Positions 32,067 to 44,120 of a stretch of DNA of 64,000 nucleotides are shown here, in pieces; position 1 is the stretch's first letter; every line of letters starts with the position of its first letter. The position numbers were made by a program, and so were the translations under genes. Source of the DNA: an uncultured delta proteobacterium. GTDB taxonomy: Bacteria > Myxococcota_A > Polyangia > Palsa-1104. The notes below the pieces were generated by a model. The model had not been told where the DNA came from. It did not search any database and saw only the letters and a list, made by a program, of their open reading frames with translations. Location: positions 64,001-128,000 of the forward strand of contig CAWAWS010000039.1 in NCBI GenBank assembly GCA_963785725.1, given 5' to 3'.

Positions 32067-33321
32067 AGCGACGCTCGGTGTTCACCCGCCGCGGCGGTGG
32101 CGGTGGGATGCGGAGCCCGAGCAGCTTGGCCAGAGCGGGAACCGCACCGGCCGCATTGCGGGCCGCCTGCTTTGCCACCTCGTCGTCGGGGATCCCCGTC
32201 GGCTTGACGGTGCGGCGCACCGGGGACGCGACGACGGCGTCGAGCAGGCGCATCCAGTCCTCGGGGGTCAGGTCGGCCGTCATGGCCTCCCCGGCGGCCG
32301 CAGCCAGCCTGACGGCCAGTTCCGCCGGGCAACGCGTGCCGGGCTCGGGAGGACGGATGGAGGCTTCGACCGCCTGCTGGACCCTTCCGTCGTTGAGCGC
32401 GTTCGTGATGCGGGCGAGCCACTCTTCCCGGAGAGCAGTCGTCCGTTGGTCGAGTGACTCCTGGAGCGCCTTGGCCATGGCGCGGCCCTCTTCGTCGAGG
32501 TTGACCGTACGCGAGGCGGCGACGACGGCCCGGAGCTCTCGCAGGCGGTAGTCCTTCCCCGTCGTCTGCGCCACGGTGGCGCGGTCCTTCCAGTCGGCCA
32601 GGCGGACCACCGGCAGCAGCTCGTCGGCCATGGCCAGCAGCGCGTCGGCGGCGACCGGAGGCTTTCCTGCGGCCTTGTTGGAGGTGTTCTGGGCCTCTAT
32701 CGCCTGCCGCACGGCCTGGAGGCCGCCGCGGAGGAGCTGTTCGGCCACCGGGATCTGTTCGGGGCGCAGGGCCGCGAGCATGGCGTTGCGGTGCACGGTG
32801 GACGTGGGCGCGACCGGACGCTCGCCCCGGGCGGGCCGCCCGTCACCTTCACCGGGACGCCGAGCTCCGGGCCGACGAGGTCCGCCGGCACCGCGTGGCG
32901 GTCGATCGCCGCCGCGCTCCTCGCGCCGCCCTTCTCCGTCGGGACCCCGGCGGTTCCCTCCGCCGCGGCGGTCGCCACGGTCGCCACGGTCGCCGTCGTC
33001 GTCGCGATCACGGCGCCGCTTGTTGGAGCCGGGCGCCAGGATGACCGAGACGTCCGGCGCTCGCCTCGGCGTGCCCTTGACCTCAATGCGGCCTTCCGTC
33101 TTCTCGGGCGAGCGGGCCGGCTTCGCCGAGGCAAGCGACAGGATCTCGATGCCCTCCAGGCCGATTTCGACGTCGGCCCGCAACACCGCGCCGACCGCCT
33201 CTCCGGGCGGCACGAGAGCAGCCTCGACGGTGCCTTTGGGCTGGCGCGCGCCGGCGGCGCGCCAGGTCCACGACCCGTCGCCCGTCTGGCTCGTCAATTC
33301 GATGTCGATTCTGCGTGACAT
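32047..33321 (-). CDS. Hypothetical protein with a central Arg/Gly-rich disordered region
   Basis: 424-aa ORF: SWTWRAAGA N-terminal domain, RG-rich linker, helical C-terminal domain. Confidence 0.8.
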   Translation of the reverse strand: MSRRIDIELTSQTGDGSWTWRAAGARQPKGTVEAALVPPGEAVGAVLRADVEIGLEGIEILSLASAKPARSPEKTEGRIEVKGTPRRAPDVSVILAPGSNKRRRDRDDDGDRGDRGDRRGGGNRRGPDGEGRREERGGDRPPRGAGGPRRPGARRPGEGDGRPARGERPVAPTSTVHRNAMLAALRPEQIPVAEQLLRGGLQAVRQAIEAQNTSNKAAGKPPVAADALLAMADELLPVVRLADWKDRATVAQTTGKDYRLRELRAVVAASRTVNLDEEGRAMAKALQESLDQRTTALREEWLARITNALNDGRVQQAVEASIRPPEPGTRCPAELAVRLAAAAGEAMTADLTPEDWMRLLDAVVASPVRRTVKPTGIPDDEVAKQAARNAAGAVPALAKLLGLRIPPPPPRRVNTERRFSPTGG

Positions 33322-33486
33322 GCGGCGGACACGCTACCTCGCCTGGAGCCCCTGCCCGATGCCGGGCCGCGATCGGCATCCCGTAACATGGCCTCAGGAC
33401 GTCCGCATGACTGCGGGAGCCATCGGGGCGAGCCACCCCACCGTGACGCGGTGCGGGTGCGCCACGCCCCCTTCAGGAGGATCCAC

Positions 33487-35166
33487 ATGAGTGAGGACAC
33501 CGAGCAGCCAGGGACGGAGCCCGCTGCCGGCACACCCCAAGACGCTCGCCGTGCCGCCCACGACGGCGTCGCCGTCGCCGATCGAGTCCGTGCGCCCCGA
33601 CGAGACACCGGCCCCAACCGACGACGGGCCACCGCCGCCCTACGGAGGAGCAGGGGAGCCTGCGCCACCATCCGAGCAGAGTGGCGGAGCGGTCGACGCC
33701 CCACCGCCGGCTCCACCCGCCTTCCCGGTGCCGAGCGCGTCGCCGAATGCCGGTTCGTCCTACCCTCCGCCGCCGCCCGGCTCGTGGGCGCCGCCCACTG
33801 CTGCCGACGACACCGGTCCCACGACCGCGGTGACACCGCCGGTCCTCCCCTTCGCGTACCCCCCATCGGGCGACGCGACCTACCCTGGGTCCACCCCTCC
33901 GGGCGCAGGCCGCCGCACCCCGGGCAAGGTGCGCGCCTGGCTGCCCGTGGTGATCGTGGCGGCCCTCGTCGGCGGCGGCATCGGCGCCGGCGTGACCGCT
34001 CTGGCGGACAACAACAACGGCGGCAGCGGCTCCAACGTCACCATCCACGAGAGCAGCGCCGCACCCGGAGCGGCCGTCCTCAGCGGCAACGTGACCATCC
34101 CGGAGCTCGTGAGCAAGGTCATTCCCGCCGTGGTCTCCATCGACGTGAAGTCGAACGGCAACGAGGACGAGGGAACCGGCATGATCATCTCCTCCACCGG
34201 AGAGGTCATCACGAACAACCACGTCATTGAGCTCTACAGCGAAGGCGGCGACACCGGCTCCATCACGGTCACCGAGTACGGCCAGACCAAGGCGCTGCCC
34301 ACCACGCTCGTGGGTTACGACCAGTCCAAGGACGTGGCGCTCCTCAAGATCACCAACGGGGCGAACCTCCCGACGATCACGTTCGGGAACTCGAGCAAGG
34401 CCGTCGTCGGCGACGCCGTGGTGGCCATCGGCAACGCGCTGGGCCTCGCCGCCGGCACGCCCACGGTGACCCAGGGCATCGTCTCCGCACTGGGACGCTC
34501 GGTGACCGCCGGGGGTGAGGGGACCGAAACCGAAACCCTCCAGAACATGATCCAGACCGATGCCGCCATCAATCCCGGCAACTCCGGGGGGCCACTCATC
34601 GACACGTCAGGCCAGGTCATCGGCATGAACACGGCCGTCGCCGGCACGACGAGCGACGGGACCTCGTCGCAGAACATCGGCTTCGCCATTCCGGCCGCCT
34701 CGGTCGAGTCGCTCATCTCCCAGCTCGAGAAGGGTGGCCAGTCCGGGAACGGCGGCGGCTATCTGGGCGTCGACATCACGTCGCTCACGCCGGCGTTGCG
34801 CCAGCAGTACGGCTTCACCCCCTCCTCCGGGGCCGTGATCCTCAGCGTGGTCTCGGGGTCCCCGGCGGACAAGGCGGGCCTGGTCGAGGGCGACGTCATC
34901 GTCAACATCGACGGCACGCGCCATCACCTCCTCGGACGACCTGCAGAAGGTCGTCCAGGGCGACAAGGCGGGCCAGAAGATCACCATCACCTATTACGTG
35001 GGAGACAGCAAGCGAACGACCACTGCCACGCTCGGCAGCCAGGCCGAGGCCCAGCAGCAGGCAGGGCAGCACCGGGAACACCGGAAGTGGCGGTACCACC
35101 AACCCCTTCGGTGGGGGAGGGTTTCCCGGCTTCGGCAACTCCGGCAGTACCGGAGGGACGCCCTAA
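33487..35166 (+). CDS. htrA: Membrane-anchored HtrA/DegP serine protease with PDZ; frameshifts near 33540, 34918 and 35070
   Basis: AGGAGG RBS; TM; TNNHVI, DVALL, DAAINPGNSGGPL; PDZ GYLGV...SPADKAGL. Confidence 0.9.
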
Positions 35167-35667
35167 CTACCTGAGGGCAGCCGACGGGATGTCGAAGTTC
35201 CGGTCGGGATGGGCCGGCGGGACGTTCATGGAGCCGTTGGGGGTCCATCCGCTGGCTTCGATGTCCTCGAGCACGTGCGCCATGTTGTAGGTGTCCTCTT
35301 CGTACGAGAACTTCCCGTCGCCGGCGTAGATGAGACGCGAGTAACCCGATTGCCGGTAAGGCGTCCCGTCGGGCCGCGTCCTGGGCATGATCTGCGTCCA
35401 CTTGACCACGACGTCGTTCCCCTCGATCGCCGTGAACTCAATCGGGAACTTCCAGTCCTCCATGCCCAGCATGGAGTCCACCAGCCAGTGCGCGATGGCT
35501 TCGCGTCCCTCGATGCGCCCCCAGGCGCCATCGATGTACACCGCGTCCTCGGTGTAGAAGTCGGCCAGCACGCCGAAGGCGTCGGGCTCGAGGCCCTCGT
35601 CGATACGCCGACGCAGCTCGTGGTAGCGCTCGACAGTTGCCTGGACTTCATCACGCGGAAACGGCAT
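35167..35667 (-). CDS. SnoaL/NTF2-like protein
   Basis: FYTEDAVYID, IEGREAI; NTF2-like size. Confidence 0.8.
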   Translation of the reverse strand: MPFPRDEVQATVERYHELRRRIDEGLEPDAFGVLADFYTEDAVYIDGAWGRIEGREAIAHWLVDSMLGMEDWKFPIEFTAIEGNDVVVKWTQIMPRTRPDGTPYRQSGYSRLIYAGDGKFSYEEDTYNMAHVLEDIEASGWTPNGSMNVPPAHPDRNFDIPSAALR

Positions 35668-35681
35668 CGTCTCTCCCTCAG

Positions 35682-36188
35682 TTAGGTCTCGACCGCACGG
35701 TAGGCGATCCGGCACAGGTCCAGCTCCGCCAGCGCGCTGGAACGGTCGGCAAACCCCTGGACCTCCACCGACTTGTCGGGCTCGAGGTCCTTGTAGATGC
35801 TGAAGAAATGGGCGATCTCGTTGCGCAGGTGCTCCGGCACGTCGCTGATGTCGTGGGCGTCGTCCCACTGGGGGTCGTGCTCCAGGACGCAGATCAGCTT
35901 GGCGTCCACGCCCTTCTCGTCGCTCATGGAGAACATGCCGAGGATGCGAGCCCGCACCACGCAACCGGGGAAGGTGGGATCGGCCACCAGGACCAGTGCG
36001 TCGAGCGGGTCGCCGTCGCCGGCCAGGGTGTCAGGGACGAACCCGTAATCCGCCGGATAGGTGGTGGCGGTGAAGAGGCGGCGATCCAACCGGATCACAT
36101 GCTGCTCGTGGTCGTACTCGTACTTGTTGCGGCTCCCCGTGGGGATCTCGATCACCACGTCGATCGCGTCGTCAGGAGACATGCTCAC
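35682..36188 (-). CDS. ppa: Inorganic pyrophosphatase (family I)
   Basis: KYEYD, YPADYG, DGDPLD, YKDLE. Confidence 0.96.
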   Translation of the reverse strand: MSMSPDDAIDVVIEIPTGSRNKYEYDHEQHVIRLDRRLFTATTYPADYGFVPDTLAGDGDPLDALVLVADPTFPGCVVRARILGMFSMSDEKGVDAKLICVLEHDPQWDDAHDISDVPEHLRNEIAHFFSIYKDLEPDKSVEVQGFADRSSALAELDLCRIAYRAVET

Positions 36189-36625
36189 GAGGGGGACGGT
36201 GCCTCGCTGCGCCGAGCAGGGTCGACCGGGCTCATGATGCCGACCCCGTTGCCGTCAGGGTCGCTCACGACGGCGTAGCGGGCGCCCCAGAAGGCGTCGT
36301 ACGGCTCCTGCTGCACGGGAACGCCATCGGCGGCCAGAGCCGCTACCAGGGCGTCGACGCCCGCCCGGGTGTCCACCTTGAAGCCGAGGATCGCGCCGCT
36401 GCCCGACCCACCCCGATTCCACTTGGCGGCGAACGTCACGCTGTCCAGATCCAGGTCGAGGGGAGTGCTGTCACCGTGCCGGGCGGACACGTGGTGGGCA
36501 TCCCAGACAGGGTCGGGCTCGTCGCCGAAATCGAGGCCGAGGCGGGCGTAGAAGGCGCGACTCGCCGGCACGTCGTGCACGACGAGATTCACCTGGTCCA
36601 GGCGGATCGCTGCCACTACGACCAC
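36185..36625 (-). CDS. VOC/glyoxalase family protein
   Basis: SRAFYARLG, PYDAFWGARYAVVSDPDGN. Confidence 0.88.
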   Translation of the reverse strand: MVVVAAIRLDQVNLVVHDVPASRAFYARLGLDFGDEPDPVWDAHHVSARHGDSTPLDLDLDSVTFAAKWNRGGSGSGAILGFKVDTRAGVDALVAALAADGVPVQQEPYDAFWGARYAVVSDPDGNGVGIMSPVDPARRSEAPSPS

Positions 36626-36684
36626 CGTAGTGTCACGCGTCGGGGGATCGTGCTGCCGGGTGTGGCGCGGGCCGGCCGTTCGGC

Positions 36685-38448
36685 TCAGCCGCCGAAACCC
36701 CCGCCGCCGCCGCCCCCGACCCGTGAGACGCTGAAGGTCGCGCCGCCGCGCCGCCTGCGCCACCGAAGCCACCGCCGCCGAAGCCACCGAAGCCACCGCC
36801 GCCGAAGCCACCGCCACCGAGGGCGTTGGTGAGGTCGGTGTTGGACGAGGGGACCGCCTCTGCGTAATCGGCGAGCACGATGCTCTGTCCGTCGCTCAGG
36901 CCCGAAAGAACCTGGGTGTACGTGTCACCCACCATGCCGACCTTGATGACCTTCGTGGTCAACACTCCCTTGTCGATCTCGAGGACGTACGAGCGGGTGC
37001 CCGTCGTCTCGACGGCCGAGGTGGGCACGGCCAGCACGTTGGAGACCGATCCGGTGTCGATCAAGACGTTGGCCGTCGAGCCGGTGAACAGCGCCTCGTT
37101 GGAGGCGGGCAGCTCGACCACGACCGGGTAGCTGTACTCGCCATCGCTCGATTGGACAGGGCCGACCTGGGACACGGTGCCGGTCACCGACCCCTGCGTC
37201 CCGTCGACCTGCACCGAGGCGCTCTGGCCGACCTTGACCGAGGGGACCTGCGAGCTATCGAGGGTGCCCTGGACCTCATAGGACTTGGTGCCGATGATGG
37301 TGATGATGTCGGTGCTCGAATCGGCGCTGACCGTGTCGCCCACCGCGATGTCCACCGAGACGACGGTGCCGGCGATCGGACTGGTCAAGGTGGTCTCGTT
37401 CAGCGACTGCTCGTCATTGATGAGGTCGGCCTCGGCGGAATCGATGGACGCCTGATCGGAGGCGATCTGCTGGGGCGTATCAGTGTCGGCTCCGGTTGCG
37501 CCCGAGCCGGTTGCGCCCGAGCCGGTTGCGCCCGAGCCGGTTGCGCCCGAGCCGGTGGCAGCCAGAGCCAGTGCCCGTGTTGCCCGTCGTCGCGTCGGTT
37601 GCATCGACGGTGTGGCCACCCTGAGTCGGGCCCGTGCCTGAGGTCCCGGTCGTCGACGTGGTGCCGCTCGAGGACTCGGCATCGAGCGCCTGGCCGAGGG
37701 CGGTCTCGTCCTTCGACACGGTGGTCTGATCCTTTGACACCTGCTGCTCGTCTGACGAGACCGTCTGGAGCGCCGCCTCACACGTGGCCTGTCCGGTCGT
37801 CGTGGAGGTGTTGGCGGTGGTGCAGTCGCTCTGGGCCTGCGCCAGGTCGGCCGCCTCCTTGTTCTGGTCGGTTTTCAGGGTCGACTCGTCGCTGGTCAAC
37901 GTGCTCTGATCGGCGGTGACGGTGGCGCTCTGGCCACTCGTCGTCCCACGCGACGGCGAGGGCGAGGGCGTGGGCGTGGTCGTGGTGGTTGTCGTGGTCG
38001 ACGACGGGGTCGAGGTCTGGGTCTTGGAGGGCGCCGCCGAGGAACTGGTCTCGCTCTCCTCGTCCTCGACGAGCTTGGCCTCGTCCGCCGCCACCGTGGA
38101 CTGGGCGGACGAAACGGACTCGCTCAGGGCGGTCGTGTCGAGCGTGCCCAGCGTCTGCCCGGCCGTGACGACCTGTCCCGGTGTCACGGAGATGGTGGCG
38201 ACCTGACCGGCCACCTGAAACGACGACGCGGCGTCGCTGACCGGTTCGATGTCGCCGACGACGTCGAGCGTCGTCCCGATGTTGGCGTGGGTCACCGTCG
38301 CCATGCGGTAGCCGGCGCTGCCGTTCCCGACCTCGGCCCAGGCGGCCACGCCGCCGCCGAGGATGACGACGGCGACGACCGCACCGACCAGGACGGCGCG
38401 CCGGTGCCCGGCACGGCCCCAACCCGAGCGTGAGCCCGACTTAGGCAC
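36685..38448 (-). CDS. MacA-like adaptor (membrane fusion protein) 2, frameshifted near 37560 and 36750
   Basis: N-terminal TM; lipoyl halves FQVAGQV and LTSPIAGTV; long Ser/Thr coiled region; VPTSAV, GLSDGQ; GGFGG tail. Confidence 0.82.
37492..37551. repeat. 15-bp tandem repeat (ccggttgcgcccgag) x4, encoding (TGSGA)n
   Basis: Four perfect copies seen directly. Confidence 0.95.
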
Positions 38449-39403
38449 CGGTCCCTCCGCCACCACCGAAGCCACCGCCGCCGGCGCCGGGTCCACCAAA
38501 GCCTCCGCCGCCGCCACCGAAGCGCCCGAACCCGCTGCTGCAGGTCCCGCTCGTCGCTGTGATGCGCACGGTGGTCGCCGTGACCGAGCCGTTCGTCGCG
38601 GCCGGGCCGAAGGCACTGACGCAGTCACCCACGGCGAGGTCGGTCGACGCGGCCGTCTGGGTGGCGCTGACCGTGGTCGAACTCGCAGTGGTCACCTTGA
38701 GCGTCTCGGTCTTGGGCGTGGTCGGCTTCTTGGTCTTCGACGAAGGCTTGGTCGTCCCGCGGGTGAAGGCACCCGGGCTGATGCTGATGCCCGACACCGT
38801 GAGGGTGGAGCCGCTGACGCCGGTCACCTTGCCCGAGGCAATGGCCAGATTCGCGAAGGCCTTGCGGAAGTTGGAGGAACCGCCTCCGCTGAAGCTCGGA
38901 CGTGTCCCACCTTCGGCCCCGCCGCCACCGCCGAAGCCACCACCGGTGCGGAAGCCGCCGCCCCCACCCGGGAATGCTCCGGCCCCACCTGCGCCCGCCG
39001 CGCCGGTGCGGCTACCCAGGGTGGTACACGAACCCGACGAACTGGCCGTGTTCACGGTGATGGTGCGCGCCGCGATCGTCGTCTTGGACTTCTTCGAGGG
39101 CGTCCCGCTCACCGTGACGCAATCACCGCTGACGATCGCGCTGACCGCCTCGGTCGCCGTCTTGGAGAACGCCGTGGTCGTGGTCCAGTTCACCGTCGTC
39201 TGCCCCGAGCTCGCGTTCTGGACCTCCATGCTCGATGCGCTGAGAGACGCCACGCTGCCCGTGGCCCCGGTGGGAGCGTTGGCCGGCGGGGCTGCTCCCG
39301 CTGCGGAGGCCAAGGCGGTTGCGGCGAGCAGCGCCGTGGCGCCCGCGCCGCCGAGGCGCATGAAGCGCCGTCGGCTGGTACTCCGGCTGGTCAATGACTG
39401 CAT
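38441..39403 (-). CDS. Secreted, probably Tat-dependent protein with two DUF5666-like domains and Gly/Phe-rich linkers
   Basis: SRRRFM signal with AxA site; two GxVxxxSxSxxxV...GDCV...A.T(I/V) units, each with a Cys pair. Confidence 0.75.
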   Translation of the reverse strand: MQSLTSRSTSRRRFMRLGGAGATALLAATALASAAGAAPPANAPTGATGSVASLSASSMEVQNASSGQTTVNWTTTTAFSKTATEAVSAIVSGDCVTVSGTPSKKSKTTIAARTITVNTASSSGSCTTLGSRTGAAGAGGAGAFPGGGGGFRTGGGFGGGGGAEGGTRPSFSGGGSSNFRKAFANLAIASGKVTGVSGSTLTVSGISISPGAFTRGTTKPSSKTKKPTTPKTETLKVTTASSTTVSATQTAASTDLAVGDCVSAFGPAATNGSVTATTVRITATSGTCSSGFGRFGGGGGGFGGPGAGGGGFGGGGGTGA

Positions 39404-39460
39404 CGTCCTACTTCCTCTTTCCGTTGCTCATGTGTGGTGTGTGTCGTTCCGGGCACGGGA

Positions 39461-40706
39461 TCACTCGCTGCGGAGGGCATCGATGGGAGCGAGCGTGGCC
39501 GCCCGACTGGCGGGGTAGACCCCGAAGAGAACGCCGATCGCCAGCGCGATGGCCAGCGCCCCGACCGCGGCGGTCGGGCTGGAAGAAATGGGGTCTCCGA
39601 TGAGGCCGGGCAGCCAGACCACGCCGAGCAATCCGGCCAGCACCCCCAACAATCCGCCGATCAATCCGAGCACCGATGCCTCCACCAGGAACTGACGGCG
39701 GATGACCCGGGGCGTGGCACCCAGCGCCTTGCGCAACCCGATCTCCCGGATGCGCTCGGTGACCGACACCAGCATGATGTTCATGACGCCGATGCCGCCC
39801 ACGATGAGCGAGATGGCGGCAATCCCACCCAGGAGGATGGTCAGCGTGTGGTCCACCGATGTGTTGGCGGCGATGAGCGACGCCTGCGAGGTGATCGTGA
39901 AGTCCGCGTCAGCGGCGTCGGTGATGCCGTGCAGCTGCAGGAGGAGATGGTCCGCCTCCTGATAGGCCCCGGTCAGGTCGGCCGACGAACGGGCCTGCAC
40001 GGCAATGGAGCTGACGGCGTTCCGCGAGGTGCCGCCGAAGATGCGCTCGGCGCCCGTCGTGATGGGAATGATCGCCGTGTCGTCGGGGTCCGTGGTGCTC
40101 GACGACGACGTGGAAGACCCGGTCGACGTCAGCACGCCGACGACGGTGAGCGGGACGCCGTTCACGTCGACCGTCTGACCCACGGGGTCCTCGCGGCTGA
40201 AGAGCTCCGAGGCCGTGGTCTCGCCCAGGACCACGACGGCGTTCAGATCCTTCACATCCTGATTGTCGAGAAAGCGGCCCTTGGGCCACCGTGCGCCCTC
40301 GGACGGTGAGCCAGGACGGTGTCGTCCCCTGCACGGTCGTCGTTGCCGTCTCGCTGCCCGCCGTCAGAACCTCGGAGGAAGAGGTGATGCCGGCCACCGC
40401 CTTGATGTCGGGGGCGTCTATCGGGGAGGCCAGCGCCGACACGTCCGCCGTGGTCAGGGTGGACGCCGATCCCAACGCCTCGCGGATGCCCGAGGTCGAC
40501 GTCGTGCTTCCGGGCGTGATGGTCAGGACATTCGAGCCGAGTGAATTGATCTCGGAGGTGACCTGGCCCGAGGCGCCTTCGCCAAGGCCCACGGCGATGA
40601 TCACGCCGGCGATGCCGATCAGGATGCCGAGGACCGTGAGGAAGGAGCGCAGCCGGTGGGTCCGTACTCCGTTGACACCTGTGCGAATGGTCTCGAGCCA
40701 GCTCAC
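39461..40706 (-). CDS. MacB/FtsX-type ABC permease, frameshifted near 40275
   Basis: [42 protein letters not shown]. Confidence 0.92.
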
Positions 40707-41440
40707 CGGACACTCTCCAGGTACCGCTGGTCATTGTCGGTCAGGAGACCGTCACGAATGCCGACGACGCGACCGGCAGCCCCCGCCACCTCGACGTCGT
40801 GCGTGATGAGGACGAGTGTGCGGCCGGCGTCGTGCAGCTCGCCCATCAATCGCAGCACGTCGGCCGCCGACTTCGAATCGAGATTGCCGGTGGGCTCGTC
40901 CGCCAGGATCAGGTCGGGCTCCGTGACCAGGGCGCGCGCTACCGCGACACGCTGTTGCTGTCCGCCGGAGAGCTCACCGGGGCGGTGGTTCACGCGGCCG
41001 GCCAATCCGACGCGGCTCAGTGCTTCCATTGCCCGCTCCTTGCGGACGGACCGCGGCACGCCGGCGTAGACCATCGGAAGCTCGACGTTCTGCCAGGCCG
41101 TCATGGACGCCAGCAGGTTGAACTGCTGGAAGACGAAGCCGATGCGCCGGTTGCGCACCTCGGCCAGCGCCGTCTCGCTCATGTGGCTGACGTCCTCGCC
41201 CGCCAGGTGGTACTGACCGGAGCTCGGGACATCGAGGCAGCCCAGGATGTGCATGAGGGTCGACTTGCCCGAGCCGGAGGGCCCGATGATGGCGACGTAC
41301 TCGCCCTGTTCGATCGACAGGCTGACACCCCGGAGTGCGGCCACGCTGATGGTGCCGGTTCGGTAGACCTTGGTCACCCGCTCCAGCTCGATCACCGTGT
41401 CCCGGACGGGGGGAGTCCCCTGCGGGGGAGTGATGGTCAT
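40703..41440 (-). CDS. MacB/LolD-type ABC ATP-binding protein
   Basis: [30 protein letters not shown]. Confidence 0.95.
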   Translation of the reverse strand: MTITPPQGTPPVRDTVIELERVTKVYRTGTISVAALRGVSLSIEQGEYVAIIGPSGSGKSTLMHILGCLDVPSSGQYHLAGEDVSHMSETALAEVRNRRIGFVFQQFNLLASMTAWQNVELPMVYAGVPRSVRKERAMEALSRVGLAGRVNHRPGELSGGQQQRVAVARALVTEPDLILADEPTGNLDSKSAADVLRLMGELHDAGRTLVLITHDVEVAGAAGRVVGIRDGLLTDNDQRYLESVR

Positions 41441-42793
41441 CCGCCGAACCCGCCACCGCCGGTGGTGAAGCCGCCTCCGCCACCGAACCCGCCGGCTCCG
41501 GCGCCGCCGAACCCGCCCGCGCCGCCGCCGAACCGCCGCGTCGTCCCGGTGCCGCCACCCAAGATGCCGCCGGCACCGCCGCCGGGCGCCTTGAAGGTGA
41601 TCTCACGCTCGAGCACCTTGTCCCCGCTGGTGACCCCGCTGGTGATCTGCGTCTCACCGTTCTCTGCCGCGCCGACGGTCACGTTGGTGACGACGTGGCT
41701 CCCGTTGACCACTTTCGTGACGGTGGCCTGGCCGTTCGTGCCGTAGGAGATGGCGCCCGTGGGCACCTCGGTGACGTCGTTGAGCTGCTTCACAATGATG
41801 CTGACGTCAGCCGTGGCGCCGGCGTAGAGGCCGGTGCGGGTTGCCCGTCACGTCGATCACCACGGGGAAGGTGGTGACGTCCGAGCTCGCGCTGCCGATG
41901 AGGCTGATCGATCCCACCGTGCCGTAGACGGGCGTGGTGTCGCCGCTCGGGGTGATGTCGACCTGGTCGCCGTCGGCGATCTCGCCGATTTCGGTGTCGT
42001 CGACTGTCGCGTTGACGATGTAGGAGTCCGTCCCGATCACCACGATCTGGCCGGACGACGATCCCGAGCCGCTGTCGCCGGAAGCCGCGCTGCTGGCGGC
42101 GCTCGACGCTGCACTGCTGTCGTTGCCGGTACCACCGGAGCCCGACCCGGTCCCGGTCACCTGCTCGCCGGTCGTCAGATCGACCGAGGCCACCGTGCCG
42201 GAGATCGTCGAGGTCAACGACGCGTCGTTGAGGTTGGTCTGCGCCGTGGACAGCGAGGACTCGGCGGATGTGACCGATGCTTCGTCCGAATCGATGGTGC
42301 TGGTCGCCGCGCCTGACGACTCGTCGCTGTCAAGGCGGTCCTCCGCTGCCGTGAGTTGGGCCTGGGCTGCGGTCACCTGGTCGGAGAGAGCGGTGGTGTC
42401 GACCGTCGCCAGCACCTGGCCGGCCGTGACCGTTTGGCCCGCCTTGACGTTCACGCCGGTCACCGTGCCCGAGACGGCGAAGTTCAGAGCGGCCTGGCTG
42501 GCCGGCTCGAGCGTCCCGGAGCTGGCCACCGTCTGTTGGATGTTGCCCGTCGTCGCGGTGGCCGTGACCGTCGTCACCGTGAGCCCCGTCGCCGGGGTCG
42601 AGCTCGATGTCAGCCAGAGCGTCAGGCCGACGGCACCGGCGATCAGGACAACCACCACGGCGACGATGGGCCACCGGTACCGGCGCCACATTGATGGCGG
42701 CTCGGTCGCCAGGACGTTCTCGTCGTCGAGCGGCAATTCCTCTGTCAGATCCACTGGGTTCTCCGGCGCCTCGACCGATACCGTTTTCGCCAT
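41437..42793 (-). CDS. MacA-like adaptor (membrane fusion protein) 1, frameshifted near 41835
   Basis: TM; LNFAVSGTV, LTSTISGTV, VPTGAI; GGFGG tail. Confidence 0.85.
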
Positions 42794-43110
42794 GGGGCCA
42801 GTTCAGACTGGTCACGTCACAGTCAGCAGAATTCCAGCTGTGAGCCCGCTTGGGGTTCTGCCTAAATGCTACCTAAAGTGCCCTGGTCAGAACAGTTCAT
42901 GCCCCTTCGGGGCGCAAAGAATGTGCCCAGCCGGCGCCGAATCGACTCCACAACAGCTGCCGCAAGGTGGCGCGCCGGCAACGGTTCGATGGAGTGGGTC
43001 TGTCGCCACCTCCCGACCCGGTCGGATGCTGTCGCCGAGACCACCGGCACGGCATACTGCGGACCCGTGGGGGAGCGGAGCGTGCGAGAGGATTGCAGGG
43101 GGACCGGCCG

Positions 43111-44120
43111 GTGAAGCAGATCCGGGTCCACGGTCCCAACGACGTTCGCCTCGACGACATCCCCTCGACGCCGCCCGGCCCGCGTGACGCCCTCGTCCGC
43201 ATGGCGGCATGTGGGATCTGTGGCACCGATATCTCCTTCGTGCACATGGGCGGCATCACCGGGCGACCCATGGCGTTGGGCCACGAGATGGCCGGCGTGG
43301 TCGAGTGGACCGGCAGCGAGGTGCACGGCGTCGCACCCGGCGACCGGGTCATCGTGCATCCAGCCGACGAGGAACTGGGCCGGCTGGGCAGTGGCGCGGC
43401 CGAAGGCGGCCTCACGCCGCTCCTCCTCGTCCGCGAGGCGGCCAAGGGGCGACGGCTGTTCCCGGTACCCGACGAGATGGAGCTGCGTGTCGCCGCCCTT
43501 GACCGAGCCTGCCGCCGTCGGCATGCAGGCGGTGAACCAAGGCGAGATCGCGCCGGGGGACCGGGTGGCGGTGCTGGGCTGCGGCCCGATCGGGCTCCTC
43601 GCCATCGCCACGCTGGCCGATAGGGGCATCCGCGACGTGGTGGCCGTCGATACGAGCCCGCGACGGCTCGAGCTGGCCCAGCAGTTCGGGGCCGCGCACG
43701 TGGTGAATTCCCTCGAGGCCGACCTGTGGGAGGAGCTGGCGCGCCTGCACGGCACCGTGCCGTTCATGTTCGGCCCGACGCCCGCCACCGACGTCTTCAT
43801 TGAGGCGTCGGGATCGGACCGACTCCTCGGCGAGGTCATCGAACACGGCCGGTACGGCGGGCGCATGTCCCTCGTCGCGCTGCACTACGCACCCGTCCCG
43901 ACGAACTTCGTCCAGGTGCTCATGAAGCAGTTCACCATCAGGGGCTCGTTCGAGTACCCACCGAGGTTCGAGGACGCCATTGAGCTCCTGGCGCGCCACG
44001 ATCTGTCGGATCTGATCACCCACAGCCTGCCGCTCGAGAAGGTTCGACGAGGGGTTGGCCCTGCTGGAGGGCTCGAAGGATTGTGGGAAGGTCATGATCA
44101 CCTTCGGAGGCGACGAATGA
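43111..44120 (+). CDS. Zn-dependent medium-chain dehydrogenase, frameshifted near 43500 and 44045
   Basis: GICGTD, GHEMAG, GCGPIG. Confidence 0.85.
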
